Source of the DNA: Clostridia bacterium
GTDB taxonomy: Bacteria; Bacillota; Clostridia; Christensenellales; CAG-138
Length of the DNA stretch: 64,000 nucleotides
Direction: 5' to 3'
Assembly (NCBI GenBank): GCA_017619735.1
Contig: JAFZRT010000007.1
Coordinates: 14,703 to 78,702, forward strand
The notes under the pieces were generated by a model, which worked only from the letters and a program-made list of their open reading frames with translations, ran no database searches and was not told where the DNA came from. Shown piece by piece: positions 34,842 to 44,271 of the stretch (position 1 is the first letter of the stretch; each line of letters begins with the position of its first letter). Made by a program: the position numbers and the translations under genes.

Positions 34842-37457
34842 ATGAAACGCTCTGCTGCATTGCTGCTGGTATTGCTGCTGCTGTTCGGGATGCTTTCCGG
34901 CTGCAAGGCCAAAACGCCCGATGAGACCGTCCCCACGGATCCACCTAAGGACGAATACACGCTCGAGCCCGAGGAGGGCTGCAACCAGCTGATATTCTAC
35001 TGGTACTCCGACGGCGTCGATTACTCCAAATGCGATATGTGGATATGGTATCCCGACGCCGACGGCAGGGGCTACCTCTTCCATGAATGCGACTACGGCG
35101 CGAAGGTGATCCTGAACGTGCCGGAGGACATCACCGAGGTCGGCTTCATCGTCAGGAAGGACTGCTCCGATCCCGGCGGGACGAGCTGGGGCGACGCCGT
35201 GAAGGATTACGACGGCGACAGATTCGCCGCCATCACGGGCAAGGTCACCGAGGTATACCTCAAGCCCGGCGACGGAGCGCAGTACTTGAGCGACGACGGA
35301 GGCAAAACATTGTATCAGGCAAAGCTCTTCTCTCTGGCGGGCATAGTCGCGCTGGATCAGATCAAATACAACATCACCCCCGCTACGCGGATAACCTCTC
35401 TCGATCAGATAAAGGTCAAGGACGGCGACCGCGAGCTGGAGATAGTCTCCCTTTCGAGCCTTAACAACGAGGTCGTCACCGGCATTATCACCGTGGGCGA
35501 GGAGCTCGACATCTCCAAGACCTACGTCGTGGAGATAGAGGGCTTCGACCCGCAGAACGCCGTGCCCACGCAGGTATTCGACTCCCCGGGCTTCATTGAA
35601 AAATACGCCTACGACGGCGAGCTCGGCGCGTTCGATTTCGTCGACGCCACGCTGTTCAAGTTCTGGGCCCCGACGGCGAGCGACGTCAAGCTCAACCTGT
35701 ATTCCGAGGGCGAAGGCGGCGAAGCGTATGAGACGATCGACATGGTCAGGGGCGAGAAGGGCGTATGGAGCGCCGAATGCCCCGGCAACAGCGGCTTCTA
35801 TTACACCTACACCGTGACGACGGCCGCCGGCACCAACGAGATAGTCGACCCGTACGCGAAGGCGGTCGGCGTGAACGGCAACCGCGGCATGGTCGTCGAC
35901 CTCGACGCCACCGATCCCGAGGGCTGGGCCAACGACAGGTTCTACGACGGCATAGACGCCTATAACGAGGCCGTTATCTGGGAGGTGCACGTCCGCGACT
36001 TCTCCAACAGGATATCCGGATCGCAGTATCCCGGCAAATATCTCGCCTTTACCGAGACCGGCCTCAAGAACGCCTCGGGCGAGCCGGTCGGCATTGATTA
36101 TCTCGTCGATCTCGGCATAACGCACGTGCATCTGCAGCCCGTCTACGACTACGCGACCGTCGACGAATCTTCCGACGAGCCGCAGTTCAACTGGGGCTAC
36201 GATCCCAAGAATTACAACGTGCCCGAGGGCTCCTATTCCACCGACCCCTACCACGGCGAGGTCAGGATCAAGGAGTTCAAGCAGATGGTAAAGGCCCTGC
36301 ATGACGCGGGCATCGGCGTAGTTATGGACGTCGTCTACAACCACACCTACTCCGCGGATTCCAACCTCAGCGCCGCGGTCCCGTATTACTACTACCGCTA
36401 CGACCCCTCCGGCAAGCTCTCCAACGGCTCCGGCTGCGGCAACGAGACGGCCTCCGACCGCGTGATGTTCCGCAAGTTCATGGTGGATTCCGTCAAGTAC
36501 TGGGCGGAGGAATACCATATCGACGGCTTCCGTTTCGACCTGATGGCGCTCCATGACGTGGAGACCATGCAGGCGATAGAGACCGCCGTGCACGAGATCA
36601 ATCCCCGCGCGATAATCTACGGCGAGGGCTGGACCGGCGGCACCACCACGCTCATGGCCAACAAACAGGCGAACCAGGCGAACATCTCCAAGATCGTTCC
36701 CACGGGCGAGGCGATCGGCGCGGTATCCGTGTTCAACGACTCCATAAGGGACGGCCTGAAGGGCAGCGTCTTCAATGCGAAGGACAAGGGCTACATCAAC
36801 GGCAACGCCTCCTCGGGCACCGCGAACCGCGTCATATTCGGCATAATGGGCGGCGTCAAGACCCCCGCCGCGACGTGGAGCGTCGAAAACAACGCGGTCA
36901 TCAACTACATGGCCTGCCACGACAACAACACGCTGTGGGACAAGCTGGAGATCTCCAATCCCGAAGCGTCCGTCGAGGAGCGTATGCTGATGAACCGCCT
37001 CGGCGCTTCGATAATCATGATATCGAAGGGCACTCCGTTCTTCCTCGCGGGGGAGGAGATGCTTAGGACGAAGGACGGCGACCACAACAGCTACAAGTCC
37101 TCCGACGCGATAAACAACATCGATTGGGACGCGCTGACGGAGGGCAGCGACGTGATGCGGATGCGCGATCTCTACCGCTCGCTGATCGCCATGAGGCGCG
37201 CCAACCGCATGTTCACCGAGTGCGACGTCGAATGCAGCGTGCTGGACGGCAGCGCGATAGAGGTCGTGTTCAGCCGAAACGGCGAAACAGTGGGTTACGC
37301 AGTGATCAACCCCAACGCCGAGGCGATGGATCACGCCCTGCCGGAAGGCGAATGGGGCGTGCTGCTCGAGGGCTGGAGCGCTTCGGCCTCCGCCATGAAG
37401 ACCGTGAGCGGCAGCGTCAGCGTCGAGGGCAGATCGGTGCTCGTCGTTATCAAGTGA
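34842..37457 (+). CDS. pulA: Type I pullulanase (GH13) lipoprotein
   Basis: Lipobox LLFGMLSGC. N-terminal CBM-like regions. GH13 motifs DVVYNHT, GFRFDLM and YGEGW, plus the pullulanase-type YNWGYDP-like NWGYDPKNYNVPEGSY. Confidence 0.9.
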   Translation: MKRSAALLLVLLLLFGMLSGCKAKTPDETVPTDPPKDEYTLEPEEGCNQLIFYWYSDGVDYSKCDMWIWYPDADGRGYLFHECDYGAKVILNVPEDITEVGFIVRKDCSDPGGTSWGDAVKDYDGDRFAAITGKVTEVYLKPGDGAQYLSDDGGKTLYQAKLFSLAGIVALDQIKYNITPATRITSLDQIKVKDGDRELEIVSLSSLNNEVVTGIITVGEELDISKTYVVEIEGFDPQNAVPTQVFDSPGFIEKYAYDGELGAFDFVDATLFKFWAPTASDVKLNLYSEGEGGEAYETIDMVRGEKGVWSAECPGNSGFYYTYTVTTAAGTNEIVDPYAKAVGVNGNRGMVVDLDATDPEGWANDRFYDGIDAYNEAVIWEVHVRDFSNRISGSQYPGKYLAFTETGLKNASGEPVGIDYLVDLGITHVHLQPVYDYATVDESSDEPQFNWGYDPKNYNVPEGSYSTDPYHGEVRIKEFKQMVKALHDAGIGVVMDVVYNHTYSADSNLSAAVPYYYYRYDPSGKLSNGSGCGNETASDRVMFRKFMVDSVKYWAEEYHIDGFRFDLMALHDVETMQAIETAVHEINPRAIIYGEGWTGGTTTLMANKQANQANISKIVPTGEAIGAVSVFNDSIRDGLKGSVFNAKDKGYINGNASSGTANRVIFGIMGGVKTPAATWSVENNAVINYMACHDNNTLWDKLEISNPEASVEERMLMNRLGASIIMISKGTPFFLAGEEMLRTKDGDHNSYKSSDAINNIDWDALTEGSDVMRMRDLYRSLIAMRRANRMFTECDVECSVLDGSAIEVVFSRNGETVGYAVINPNAEAMDHALPEGEWGVLLEGWSASASAMKTVSGSVSVEGRSVLVVIK

Positions 37458-37471
37458 CGATCGTGACAATA

Positions 37472-37505
37472 ACCGTCCCCGGGAGCTTCCCGGGGGCGGT
37501 TTTTC
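37472..37505 (+). terminator. Intrinsic terminator after pulA
   Basis: Stem ACCGTCCCCGGGA / TCCCGGGGGCGGT followed by TTTTT. Confidence 0.75.
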
Positions 37506-37541
37506 CTTTGCTCCGCGCATTTCTTCTGCGCGGCCCCCGCC

Positions 37542-37570
37542 TTTACACGGGGAGGGAAAGAGTGTATAAT
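37542..37570 (+). promoter_or_regulatory. Sigma-A promoter of the GTPase-NYN / ylmH operon
   Basis: TTTACA, 17 nt, TATAAT, with a TGT extended -10 element. Confidence 0.6.
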
Positions 37571-37621
37571 CAGCATGTGCCGGGCGGCGCGAACCGCCCG
37601 AAATGACTGTAAGGGTGAAGC

Positions 37622-40201
37622 ATGGAAAGACTCGTTATCGGCATGCTGGCGCATGTTGACGCCGGCAAGACAACGCTCTCGGAGGCGCTGCTGTATAAAG
37701 CGGGCGCCATTCGGCGGCTCGGAAGGGTGGACCACGGGGACGCCTTTTTGGACGCGCACGAGCTGGAGAGGGAGCGCGGCATAACGATATTCTCCAAACA
37801 GGCCGAAATGGAGCTCCCGGGCAAGCTCGTGACGCTCATGGACACCCCGGGGCACGTGGATTTCGCCGCGGAGGCGGAGCGCGTGCTTCGCGTCATAGAC
37901 TACGCCGTGCTCGTCATAAGCGCGCCGGAGGGGGTGCAGACGCACGCTCTCACGCTGTGGCGGATGCTCGACAGGCGGCGCGTGCCCGTTTTCGTATTCG
38001 TAAACAAGACCGATCTGCCCTGCCCGTCCCGCGGGGCGATAATGGAAAAGCTCCGCACGCGGCTCTTCGACGGCTGCGTGGATATGACGGAGGATCCTGA
38101 AAAGAGGGACGAGGACGTCGCCTCCTTCAGCGAGGGACTAATGGAAAAATACCTGGCGGAGGGGAGGCTGACGGACGACGATATCGCCTTCGCCGTGAGG
38201 AGCAGGCAGATAGCCCCCGTGTATTTCGGCTCCGCGCTGAAGATGCAGGGCGTCGACGCGCTGATGGACGGCCTCGCCAGGTTCACCCGCATGCGCGAAT
38301 ATCCTGCGGAGTTCGGCGCGCGCGTCGTCAAGATAAGCAATTCCGAAGGCGTCCGGCTGACGTTCATGAAGATCACCGGCGGACGGCTCGCCGCCAAACA
38401 GGTGCTGACAAACCGCTCCGCGACCGTCCCGGAGGACGAGGTCTGGAGCGAGAAAGCCGACAGCATACGGCTCTACTCCGGCGCGAGGTTCACCCCCCTG
38501 CAGGAGGCGGAGGCGGGCTCGGTGGTCGCCGTGACGGGCCTCACGCGGACGTATGCCGAGCAGGGCCTCGGCTGCGAGGCGGGGGAGACCGGATCGCAGC
38601 TCGATCCCGTGCTGTCGTATTCGCTCATATTCCCGGAGGGCGTCAACCTTTTCGACGCGTACCGCCGCATTTGCCTCCTCACCGAGGAGGATCCGCAGCT
38701 CAACATAGTCTGGGACGAGCAGGCGGGCGAGATCCGCGCGCAGCTTATGGGCGAGGTCCAGTGCGAGGTGCTGCAGCGCCTCATACGCGAGCGATTCGGC
38801 CTCGACGTGACATTCGGCCCCGGCGCGGTGATGTACCGCGAGACGGTGGAGGAGGGTGCGGACGGCATAGGCCATTTCGAGCCGCTTCGGCATTTCGCGC
38901 ACGTGGAATTGAGGATAGAGCCCGCGCCTCCGGGCAGCGGCATCGAGCTCGGCACGGAGGTACCGCAGAACGAGCTTTCGCGCAGCTGGCAGCGGCTGAT
39001 ACTCACACATCTCGCCGAAAAGCGGCACAGGGGCGTGCTGACCGGCTCCCCGCTTACCGACGTCAGGATAGTGCTGACGGGCGGCAAAGCGCATCTGAAG
39101 CACACGGAGGGCGGCGATTTCCGCAGGGCGACGTACCGCGCCGTCAGGAACGCGCTCATGTTCTGTAAGAACGTGCTGCTCGAACCCTATTACGATTTCC
39201 GGCTCGAGCTGCCGGAGGAGAACGTCGGCCGCGCCATGACGGATATCCGCCGCATGGAGGGCGAGTTCGCCGCTCCGGAGAGCATCGACGGCACTGCGAT
39301 ACTCACGGGCAAGGCGCCCGTGGCGACCATGCGCGATTACGGCAGGACCGTCGCCGCCTACACCCATGGGCACGGCGTGCTGCGGCTCACCCCCGCGGAG
39401 TACCGGCCGTGTCACAACGCCGCGGAGGTCATAGCCGAAAAGGGCTACGATCCCGAAGCGGATCTCAAAAACACGCCCGATTCGGTATTCTGCGCGGGCG
39501 GTGCGGGATTCACCGTCAAATGGTACGAGGTCGCCTCCTACATGAAGCGCAGCTCGGGCGGCGCGGGCGAAAAGATGCCGACCAAAAAGCCCGCCCCCCG
39601 CGACGAGGAGGCCGAGCTCATGGCGATATTCGAGCGCACTTACGGCGCGGTCAGGAGCGGCTCGCTCCTCCCGGTCAAAAAGAAGGAGCAGCCCGCCGCG
39701 GAGCCGACCGCCGAGAGGGGGGACGAATACCTCCTCATCGACGGCTACAACGTCATATTCTCATGGGACAGCCTGAAGCTCATAGCGCAGGAGAGCATCG
39801 ACTCCGCGCGGGAGGCGCTGATCCGCATGATGATCAACTTCGCCTCGGGCAGGGACGCCGCGGTGATACTCGTTTTCGACGCGTACAAGGTCACGGGCGG
39901 CGTCGAAAGGGTCGACCGGGTCGGAGGCGTCTATATAGTCTACACGCGTGAGAGCGAGATCGCCGACGTGTTCATAGAACGCGCCGTGCAGAAGCTCTCC
40001 GGCACGAAACGGAGCATCAGGGTCGTCACGTCCGACGGCATGGAACAGCTTATCGTAATGGGCAGGGGAGCGCTGCGCGTTCCCGCGCCGGCCTTCGAAA
40101 AGGAGGTACAGCTTGCCGACGAAAGACTGAAGGACGTCATGCACAGGCTCGAATCGGAGGGAAGGACGGTGCTGCATCTATGGCAGAAGATGATACCCTG
40201 A
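37622..40201 (+). CDS. TetM/EF-G-like translational GTPase fused to a C-terminal Rae1/YacP-type NYN ribonuclease domain
   Basis: G motifs AHVDAGKTT, RGITI, DTPGH and NKTD, with colinearity to TetM through domains II-V (residues about 1-640). A K/P/E-rich linker follows. Residues about 702-859 match B. subtilis YacP motif by motif: LLIDGYNVIFSW, VILVFDAY, ESEIADVFIE, RVVTSDGMEQ, GRGALR. Confidence 0.85.
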   Translation: MERLVIGMLAHVDAGKTTLSEALLYKAGAIRRLGRVDHGDAFLDAHELERERGITIFSKQAEMELPGKLVTLMDTPGHVDFAAEAERVLRVIDYAVLVISAPEGVQTHALTLWRMLDRRRVPVFVFVNKTDLPCPSRGAIMEKLRTRLFDGCVDMTEDPEKRDEDVASFSEGLMEKYLAEGRLTDDDIAFAVRSRQIAPVYFGSALKMQGVDALMDGLARFTRMREYPAEFGARVVKISNSEGVRLTFMKITGGRLAAKQVLTNRSATVPEDEVWSEKADSIRLYSGARFTPLQEAEAGSVVAVTGLTRTYAEQGLGCEAGETGSQLDPVLSYSLIFPEGVNLFDAYRRICLLTEEDPQLNIVWDEQAGEIRAQLMGEVQCEVLQRLIRERFGLDVTFGPGAVMYRETVEEGADGIGHFEPLRHFAHVELRIEPAPPGSGIELGTEVPQNELSRSWQRLILTHLAEKRHRGVLTGSPLTDVRIVLTGGKAHLKHTEGGDFRRATYRAVRNALMFCKNVLLEPYYDFRLELPEENVGRAMTDIRRMEGEFAAPESIDGTAILTGKAPVATMRDYGRTVAAYTHGHGVLRLTPAEYRPCHNAAEVIAEKGYDPEADLKNTPDSVFCAGGAGFTVKWYEVASYMKRSSGGAGEKMPTKKPAPRDEEAELMAIFERTYGAVRSGSLLPVKKKEQPAAEPTAERGDEYLLIDGYNVIFSWDSLKLIAQESIDSAREALIRMMINFASGRDAAVILVFDAYKVTGGVERVDRVGGVYIVYTRESEIADVFIERAVQKLSGTKRSIRVVTSDGMEQLIVMGRGALRVPAPAFEKEVQLADERLKDVMHRLESEGRTVLHLWQKMIP

Positions 40202-40920
40202 AACTGAGAAAGCGCTTTGAGGAGCTCAGCACGCGCGCGGAGCGCACGGGCGTCCGCGAGGAGACCAAGTTCCTCAACATGGCGGAGCAGTCCGTGCTTT
40301 TGAGCATGCCTGTCAGCGCGGAGCTGTACGGCGGTTACGAAGGCGCGGAAAGGCGCATAGCCGTGTTCGGCTGCGGGGACGCCGCGGAGCCGGAGTATCG
40401 GCCGCCCATAGTCTGCGTAAGGATAAGGCCCGCCTCGAAAAGGTTCGCCGACGAGCTCACACACAGGGATTTCCTGGGCTCGCTCATGGCTCTCGGCATA
40501 ACGCGGGAGGTGCTCGGCGATATCATAGTTCGGGACGGCGAGGGCTGGCTTTTCTGCCTCTCGCCGATAGCCCCGTTCATTATCGAGAACCTGCGGGAGG
40601 TCAAGCGCACGCAGGTCAGATGCGAGGAAGCCCCTCCGCCCGAGACGGCGGAGGATCGCGGCGAGACGCGCAGCATAGTGATCGCCTCCGAGCGGCTCGA
40701 CGCTGTGATAGCCGCCGTGTACCGCCTCCCCCGTGAGGAGGCCAAGGCGCTCTGCGAAAAGGGCCTCGTTTACATCAACGCGAAGCTCGCCGAAAAGGGC
40801 GGCGCGGCCATTCCCGAAAACGCCGTGGTGTCCGTCCGCGGCAGGGGCAGGTTCCGCTTTTCGGGAGCCGACCGCACAACGAGGAAGGGGCGCATCCGCG
40901 CGAACGTGACGATCTATTGA
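40180..40920 (+). CDS. ylmH: YlmH-like S4-domain RNA-binding protein
   Basis: Colinear with B. subtilis YlmH: GGYEGAERRIAVF vs GGYDRAERKRAILF, HRDFLGSLMALGITREVLGDI vs HRSLLGALMGIGLKRQKFGDI, and a C-terminal S4 region (RLDAVIAAVYRLPREEAKALCEKGLVYIN). It overlaps the upstream gene by 22 nt. Confidence 0.85.
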   Translation: MAEDDTLKLRKRFEELSTRAERTGVREETKFLNMAEQSVLLSMPVSAELYGGYEGAERRIAVFGCGDAAEPEYRPPIVCVRIRPASKRFADELTHRDFLGSLMALGITREVLGDIIVRDGEGWLFCLSPIAPFIIENLREVKRTQVRCEEAPPPETAEDRGETRSIVIASERLDAVIAAVYRLPREEAKALCEKGLVYINAKLAEKGGAAIPENAVVSVRGRGRFRFSGADRTTRKGRIRANVTIY

Positions 40921-40985
40921 TACGGCCCGGCAAAAAGGCGGCTAACGCCCTTTATTGCCGCACGGTATCGTGGTATAATGGAAGC

Positions 40986-41561
40986 ATGAAGAAAAGAGAA
41001 GACGAAAACCTTTCCAACGACAGGATCAGATCCCTTGCGATGCACGGGGTATTCCTCGCGGTGATAGCGATGCTGACGCTGTTCGCGTCGGTGCCTCTGC
41101 CCGCCGGCACGGGGGGAGCGTACATCAACGCGGGCGACGCGGCGATATACGCCGCGGCTTACGTGCTCGGCCCCGTGGGCGGCGCGGTCACCGCCGCATT
41201 GGGCTCCGCGCTCGCGGACGTGCTGCACGGCGCAATGATCTACGCGCCCGTCACGCTCGTAATAAAGGGGCTGATGGGCCTTATCGCGGGCCTTCTGTTC
41301 AAGCGGCTGAGGCACGGCGCCCTGCCCGTCGCCGGGCTCGTGATGCCCGCCGGGTATTTCCTCTTCGAATACCTGCTCTACGGAAGGGGCACTGCGCTAT
41401 TCGGCCTGTGGACCAACGCGATACAGTACGTTTTCGGCGTGGTCGCCGGCATCCTGCTGATAACCGCGCTCGGAAAGACGCGCGCCGTTCAGCCGGCCGC
41501 CGCTCCGCATGAAGGCGGGAACTTCAACGAAAAATCCGATGAGGAGGATCTTAAGGAATAA
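40986..41561 (+). CDS. ECF transporter S component (RibU/DUF1393-like)
   Basis: Start at the ATG at 40986, downstream of a TGGTATAAT extended -10 element. YINAGDAAIYAAAYVLGPVGGAVTAALGSALADVL and TLVIKGLMGLIAG match the PF07155-type signature as I recall it. Confidence 0.7.
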   Translation: MKKREDENLSNDRIRSLAMHGVFLAVIAMLTLFASVPLPAGTGGAYINAGDAAIYAAAYVLGPVGGAVTAALGSALADVLHGAMIYAPVTLVIKGLMGLIAGLLFKRLRHGALPVAGLVMPAGYFLFEYLLYGRGTALFGLWTNAIQYVFGVVAGILLITALGKTRAVQPAAAPHEGGNFNEKSDEEDLKE

Positions 41562-42922
41562 TGGAGCTTTGGCAATTCATAGTACTGCTTGCCGCCGTAG
41601 TGCTTCTGGGAGGCGGCGCGATACTCGCGATAATCCTCACGAAGCGCAGGGACGGCGCGTTAGGCGACCTGCTGATAACCTACAAGAACGACAGCGAAAG
41701 GAGCATCGACCGCGCGCGCAAGGACATCTCCGAGGATATGGAACAGCAGCTCCGCTTCCTCGGCGAGAACATGCGCATCATGCAGACCGGCCAGTCCGAA
41801 CAGCTCGCGAGCAGGCAGGAGGCGTTCTTCGGCCTCATGACGGAGAAGCAGTCCGCGATCAGCAGCAGTCTTGAGACGAGCGCGAAGAATACCGAGGACC
41901 GCTTCCGCACGTTCGAGAGCAAGAACGCCGCGGACCTGAACGAGATCCGCGAGACGGTCGAACGCCGCCTTTCGGCCATGCAGTCGGAGAACGACAAGCA
42001 TCTGGACGACGTCCGCGACACCATGAAGAAGAGCCTCGACGAGGTCAGGGGCGTGGTCGACGAAAAGCTGCAGGAGACCCTTAACAAGCGCATCACCGAG
42101 AGCTTCCGCATGGTCAACGACCGCCTTTCGGAGGTCTATCAGGGCCTGGGCGAGATGAAGAATCTCGCCGTGGGCGTGGGCGACCTCAAAAAGGTGCTGT
42201 CGAACGTCAAGACGCGCGGCACCCTCGGCGAGGTGCAGCTCGGCGCGATACTGGAGGAGATACTGACCCCGGATCAGTACGTCAAAAACTTCGACGCGAA
42301 GCAGAAGAGCCAGGAGCGCGTGGAATACGCCGTGCGCCTCCCCGGCGAGGGCGACGCTCCGGTGTATCTGCCCATCGACTCCAAGTTCCCCTCCGACGCC
42401 TACGTCCAGCTGCTCGACGCGTACGACGCGGCCGATCCCAATCTCGTGGCGTCCGCGCAGAGGCGGCTCTGCGACGTAATAATGAAGTTCGCCCGCGACA
42501 TAAGGGACAAGTACATAGATCCCCCGAGGACCACGGAGTTCGCGATAATGTTCCTTCCCACGGAGGGCATATATGCGGAGGTAGTGCGCCTCGGCATGGT
42601 CGAACGCCTCCAGCGCGAGGCGAGGGTCAATATCGCCGGCCCCTCGACGATGGCGGCGCTTCTGAACTCCCTGCGCATGGGCTTCTCCATAGTCGCGATG
42701 CAGCAGCGCTCGGGCGAGGCGTGGCAGGTGCTCGGCGCGGTCAAGGCGGAGTTCATGAACTTCGAAAAGGTGCTCACCACCGCCCAGAGCCGCATTTCGA
42801 GCGCCAACGACGAGCTTGAAAAGCTGATAGGCACCCGCACCCGCGCCATATTGAGAAAGCTGCGGGACGTGGAATCCCTCCCCGCGGAGAACGCGGCGCA
42901 GCTGAACGACGCGGCGGAATGA
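41561..42922 (+). CDS. rmuC: DNA recombination protein RmuC
   Basis: N-terminal TM helix, long coiled coil, then the RmuC nuclease-like core (EFAIMFLPTEGIYAE, NIAGPSTMAALL). The start overlaps the upstream stop (TAATG). Confidence 0.88.
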   Translation: MELWQFIVLLAAVVLLGGGAILAIILTKRRDGALGDLLITYKNDSERSIDRARKDISEDMEQQLRFLGENMRIMQTGQSEQLASRQEAFFGLMTEKQSAISSSLETSAKNTEDRFRTFESKNAADLNEIRETVERRLSAMQSENDKHLDDVRDTMKKSLDEVRGVVDEKLQETLNKRITESFRMVNDRLSEVYQGLGEMKNLAVGVGDLKKVLSNVKTRGTLGEVQLGAILEEILTPDQYVKNFDAKQKSQERVEYAVRLPGEGDAPVYLPIDSKFPSDAYVQLLDAYDAADPNLVASAQRRLCDVIMKFARDIRDKYIDPPRTTEFAIMFLPTEGIYAEVVRLGMVERLQREARVNIAGPSTMAALLNSLRMGFSIVAMQQRSGEAWQVLGAVKAEFMNFEKVLTTAQSRISSANDELEKLIGTRTRAILRKLRDVESLPAENAAQLNDAAE

Positions 42923-42931
42923 TAATAGAAT

Positions 42932-42970
42932 AAAAAAGACCGTTCCCCATCGGGAACGGTCTTTTGTTTT
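42932..42970. terminator. Bidirectional intrinsic terminator (rmuC / mtaD)
   Basis: A-run, stem GACCGTTCCC / GGGAACGGTC with loop CATC, then TTTTGTTTT. Confidence 0.85.
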
Positions 42971-42974
42971 ATCG

Positions 42975-44270
42975 TCATCTGTTCAGCACTATCGGCACGG
43001 CGTATTCCTCGACGTCTCTCACCGCCTTTTCGATATCGAGAGTCAGCCATTCGCCGTCCCTGTACAGCACGCGGCCGCGCACCATAGTCATACATACGTC
43101 CGAGCCGTGCGCGGAGTAGACGACCGCGGCAACGGGGTCGTATATCGGCCGCAGATGCGGCGAGTTGGAGTCGATCATGATTAGGTCCGCGTCGAGCCCG
43201 ATCTCTATCCTTCCGGTCTCGTCGGCGCGGCCCTGAGCGCGGGCGCCGTTCACCGTCGCCATCTTCAGCGCCTCGTAAGCGGGGAGCGCGGTCGGATCCA
43301 GCGCTTCCGCCTTCGCGACGAGCGCCGCGAGCTTAATTTCCTCAAAGAGGTCGAGCGAGTTGTTGGAGCAGGCGCCGTCCGTGCCGAGGCATACGTTTAT
43401 GCCCGCGCGGATCATCGCCGCGGTGTCGGCGGAGCCGCTGCCGAGCTTCATGTTGGAAACGGGGCAGTGCGCGACGGATACGCCGTTGTTCGCGAGCACG
43501 GCCATATCGTCCTCCTCGAGCCAGACGCCGTGCGCTGCGAGCACGGGGGTATCGAAAATCCCGTTCGCCTCAAAGGCGCGCGCCGCGCTCATGCCGTGGC
43601 GGGTCTTCGCCTCCTCATGCTCCGAAAGCGTCTCCGAAAGGTGGATATGCGTTATCACGCCGTATTCCTTCGCCCATTCGTGCACTCGCCTCCAGACGGC
43701 GGGGGGAGAGGTGTACTCCGCGTGAATGGAGACGTCCGCGCGTATGCTGCCGGAGGCGCCGTACTTCGAAAGGAGCTCGGCAGTCTCCCTTACGGCGCGG
43801 TCGTTCTCGAAAACGTAGCCGTCGCCCAGCGCGATCACCGCGTTGCACAGGTTCGCCTTCATGCCGATCTTTTCCGCGGCCTTCGCGACGGCGGGCTGGC
43901 AGAAGTACATGTCGGAGAACGAGACCGTCCCCGTGCGCAGCATCTCCGCCATGCCGAGCGTCGCTCCCGCGACTATCGCCCGCTCGTCAAGGCGCGCCTC
44001 GACGGGGAACACCTTGTCGTAGAGCCAGCTCTTCAGCGGGTAGTCGTCGGCGTATCCGCGCATTATGCACATCGCCGTGTGCGCGTGCGCGTTGATAAGG
44101 CCGGGCATCACGATACGGCCCCCGGCGTCTATCACCTCGCGGGCTTCGGGCGTCTCATGGCCGATATAGACGATCTTGCCGCCTTCGACGCCGATCGAGC
44201 AGTTGTCGATGACGTCGCCGGCGTCCGTCATGGGGATCGCCAATGCGTTTTTTATCAGTGTGTCGAGCAT
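42975..44270 (-). CDS. mtaD: Amidohydrolase, 5'-methylthioadenosine/S-adenosylhomocysteine deaminase-like
   Basis: Start set at the ATG at 44270; the ORF-track start at 44285 is a TTG inside punA. Motifs GLINAHAHTAM, HLSET, AHGVWL and GTDGACSNN fit the MtaD/guanine-deaminase-type amidohydrolases. Confidence 0.8.
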   Translation of the reverse strand: MLDTLIKNALAIPMTDAGDVIDNCSIGVEGGKIVYIGHETPEAREVIDAGGRIVMPGLINAHAHTAMCIMRGYADDYPLKSWLYDKVFPVEARLDERAIVAGATLGMAEMLRTGTVSFSDMYFCQPAVAKAAEKIGMKANLCNAVIALGDGYVFENDRAVRETAELLSKYGASGSIRADVSIHAEYTSPPAVWRRVHEWAKEYGVITHIHLSETLSEHEEAKTRHGMSAARAFEANGIFDTPVLAAHGVWLEEDDMAVLANNGVSVAHCPVSNMKLGSGSADTAAMIRAGINVCLGTDGACSNNSLDLFEEIKLAALVAKAEALDPTALPAYEALKMATVNGARAQGRADETGRIEIGLDADLIMIDSNSPHLRPIYDPVAAVVYSAHGSDVCMTMVRGRVLYRDGEWLTLDIEKAVRDVEEYAVPIVLNR

Positions 44271-44271
44271 A

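Noticed and set aside
37622-39550. Calling the GTPase a tetracycline-resistance ribosomal protection protein (tetM/tetO).
   Set aside because: The similarity to TetM is at the family level. The chromosomal housekeeping context, the C-terminal NYN fusion and the coupling to ylmH argue for a different role. Assigning a resistance gene symbol would be unsupported.
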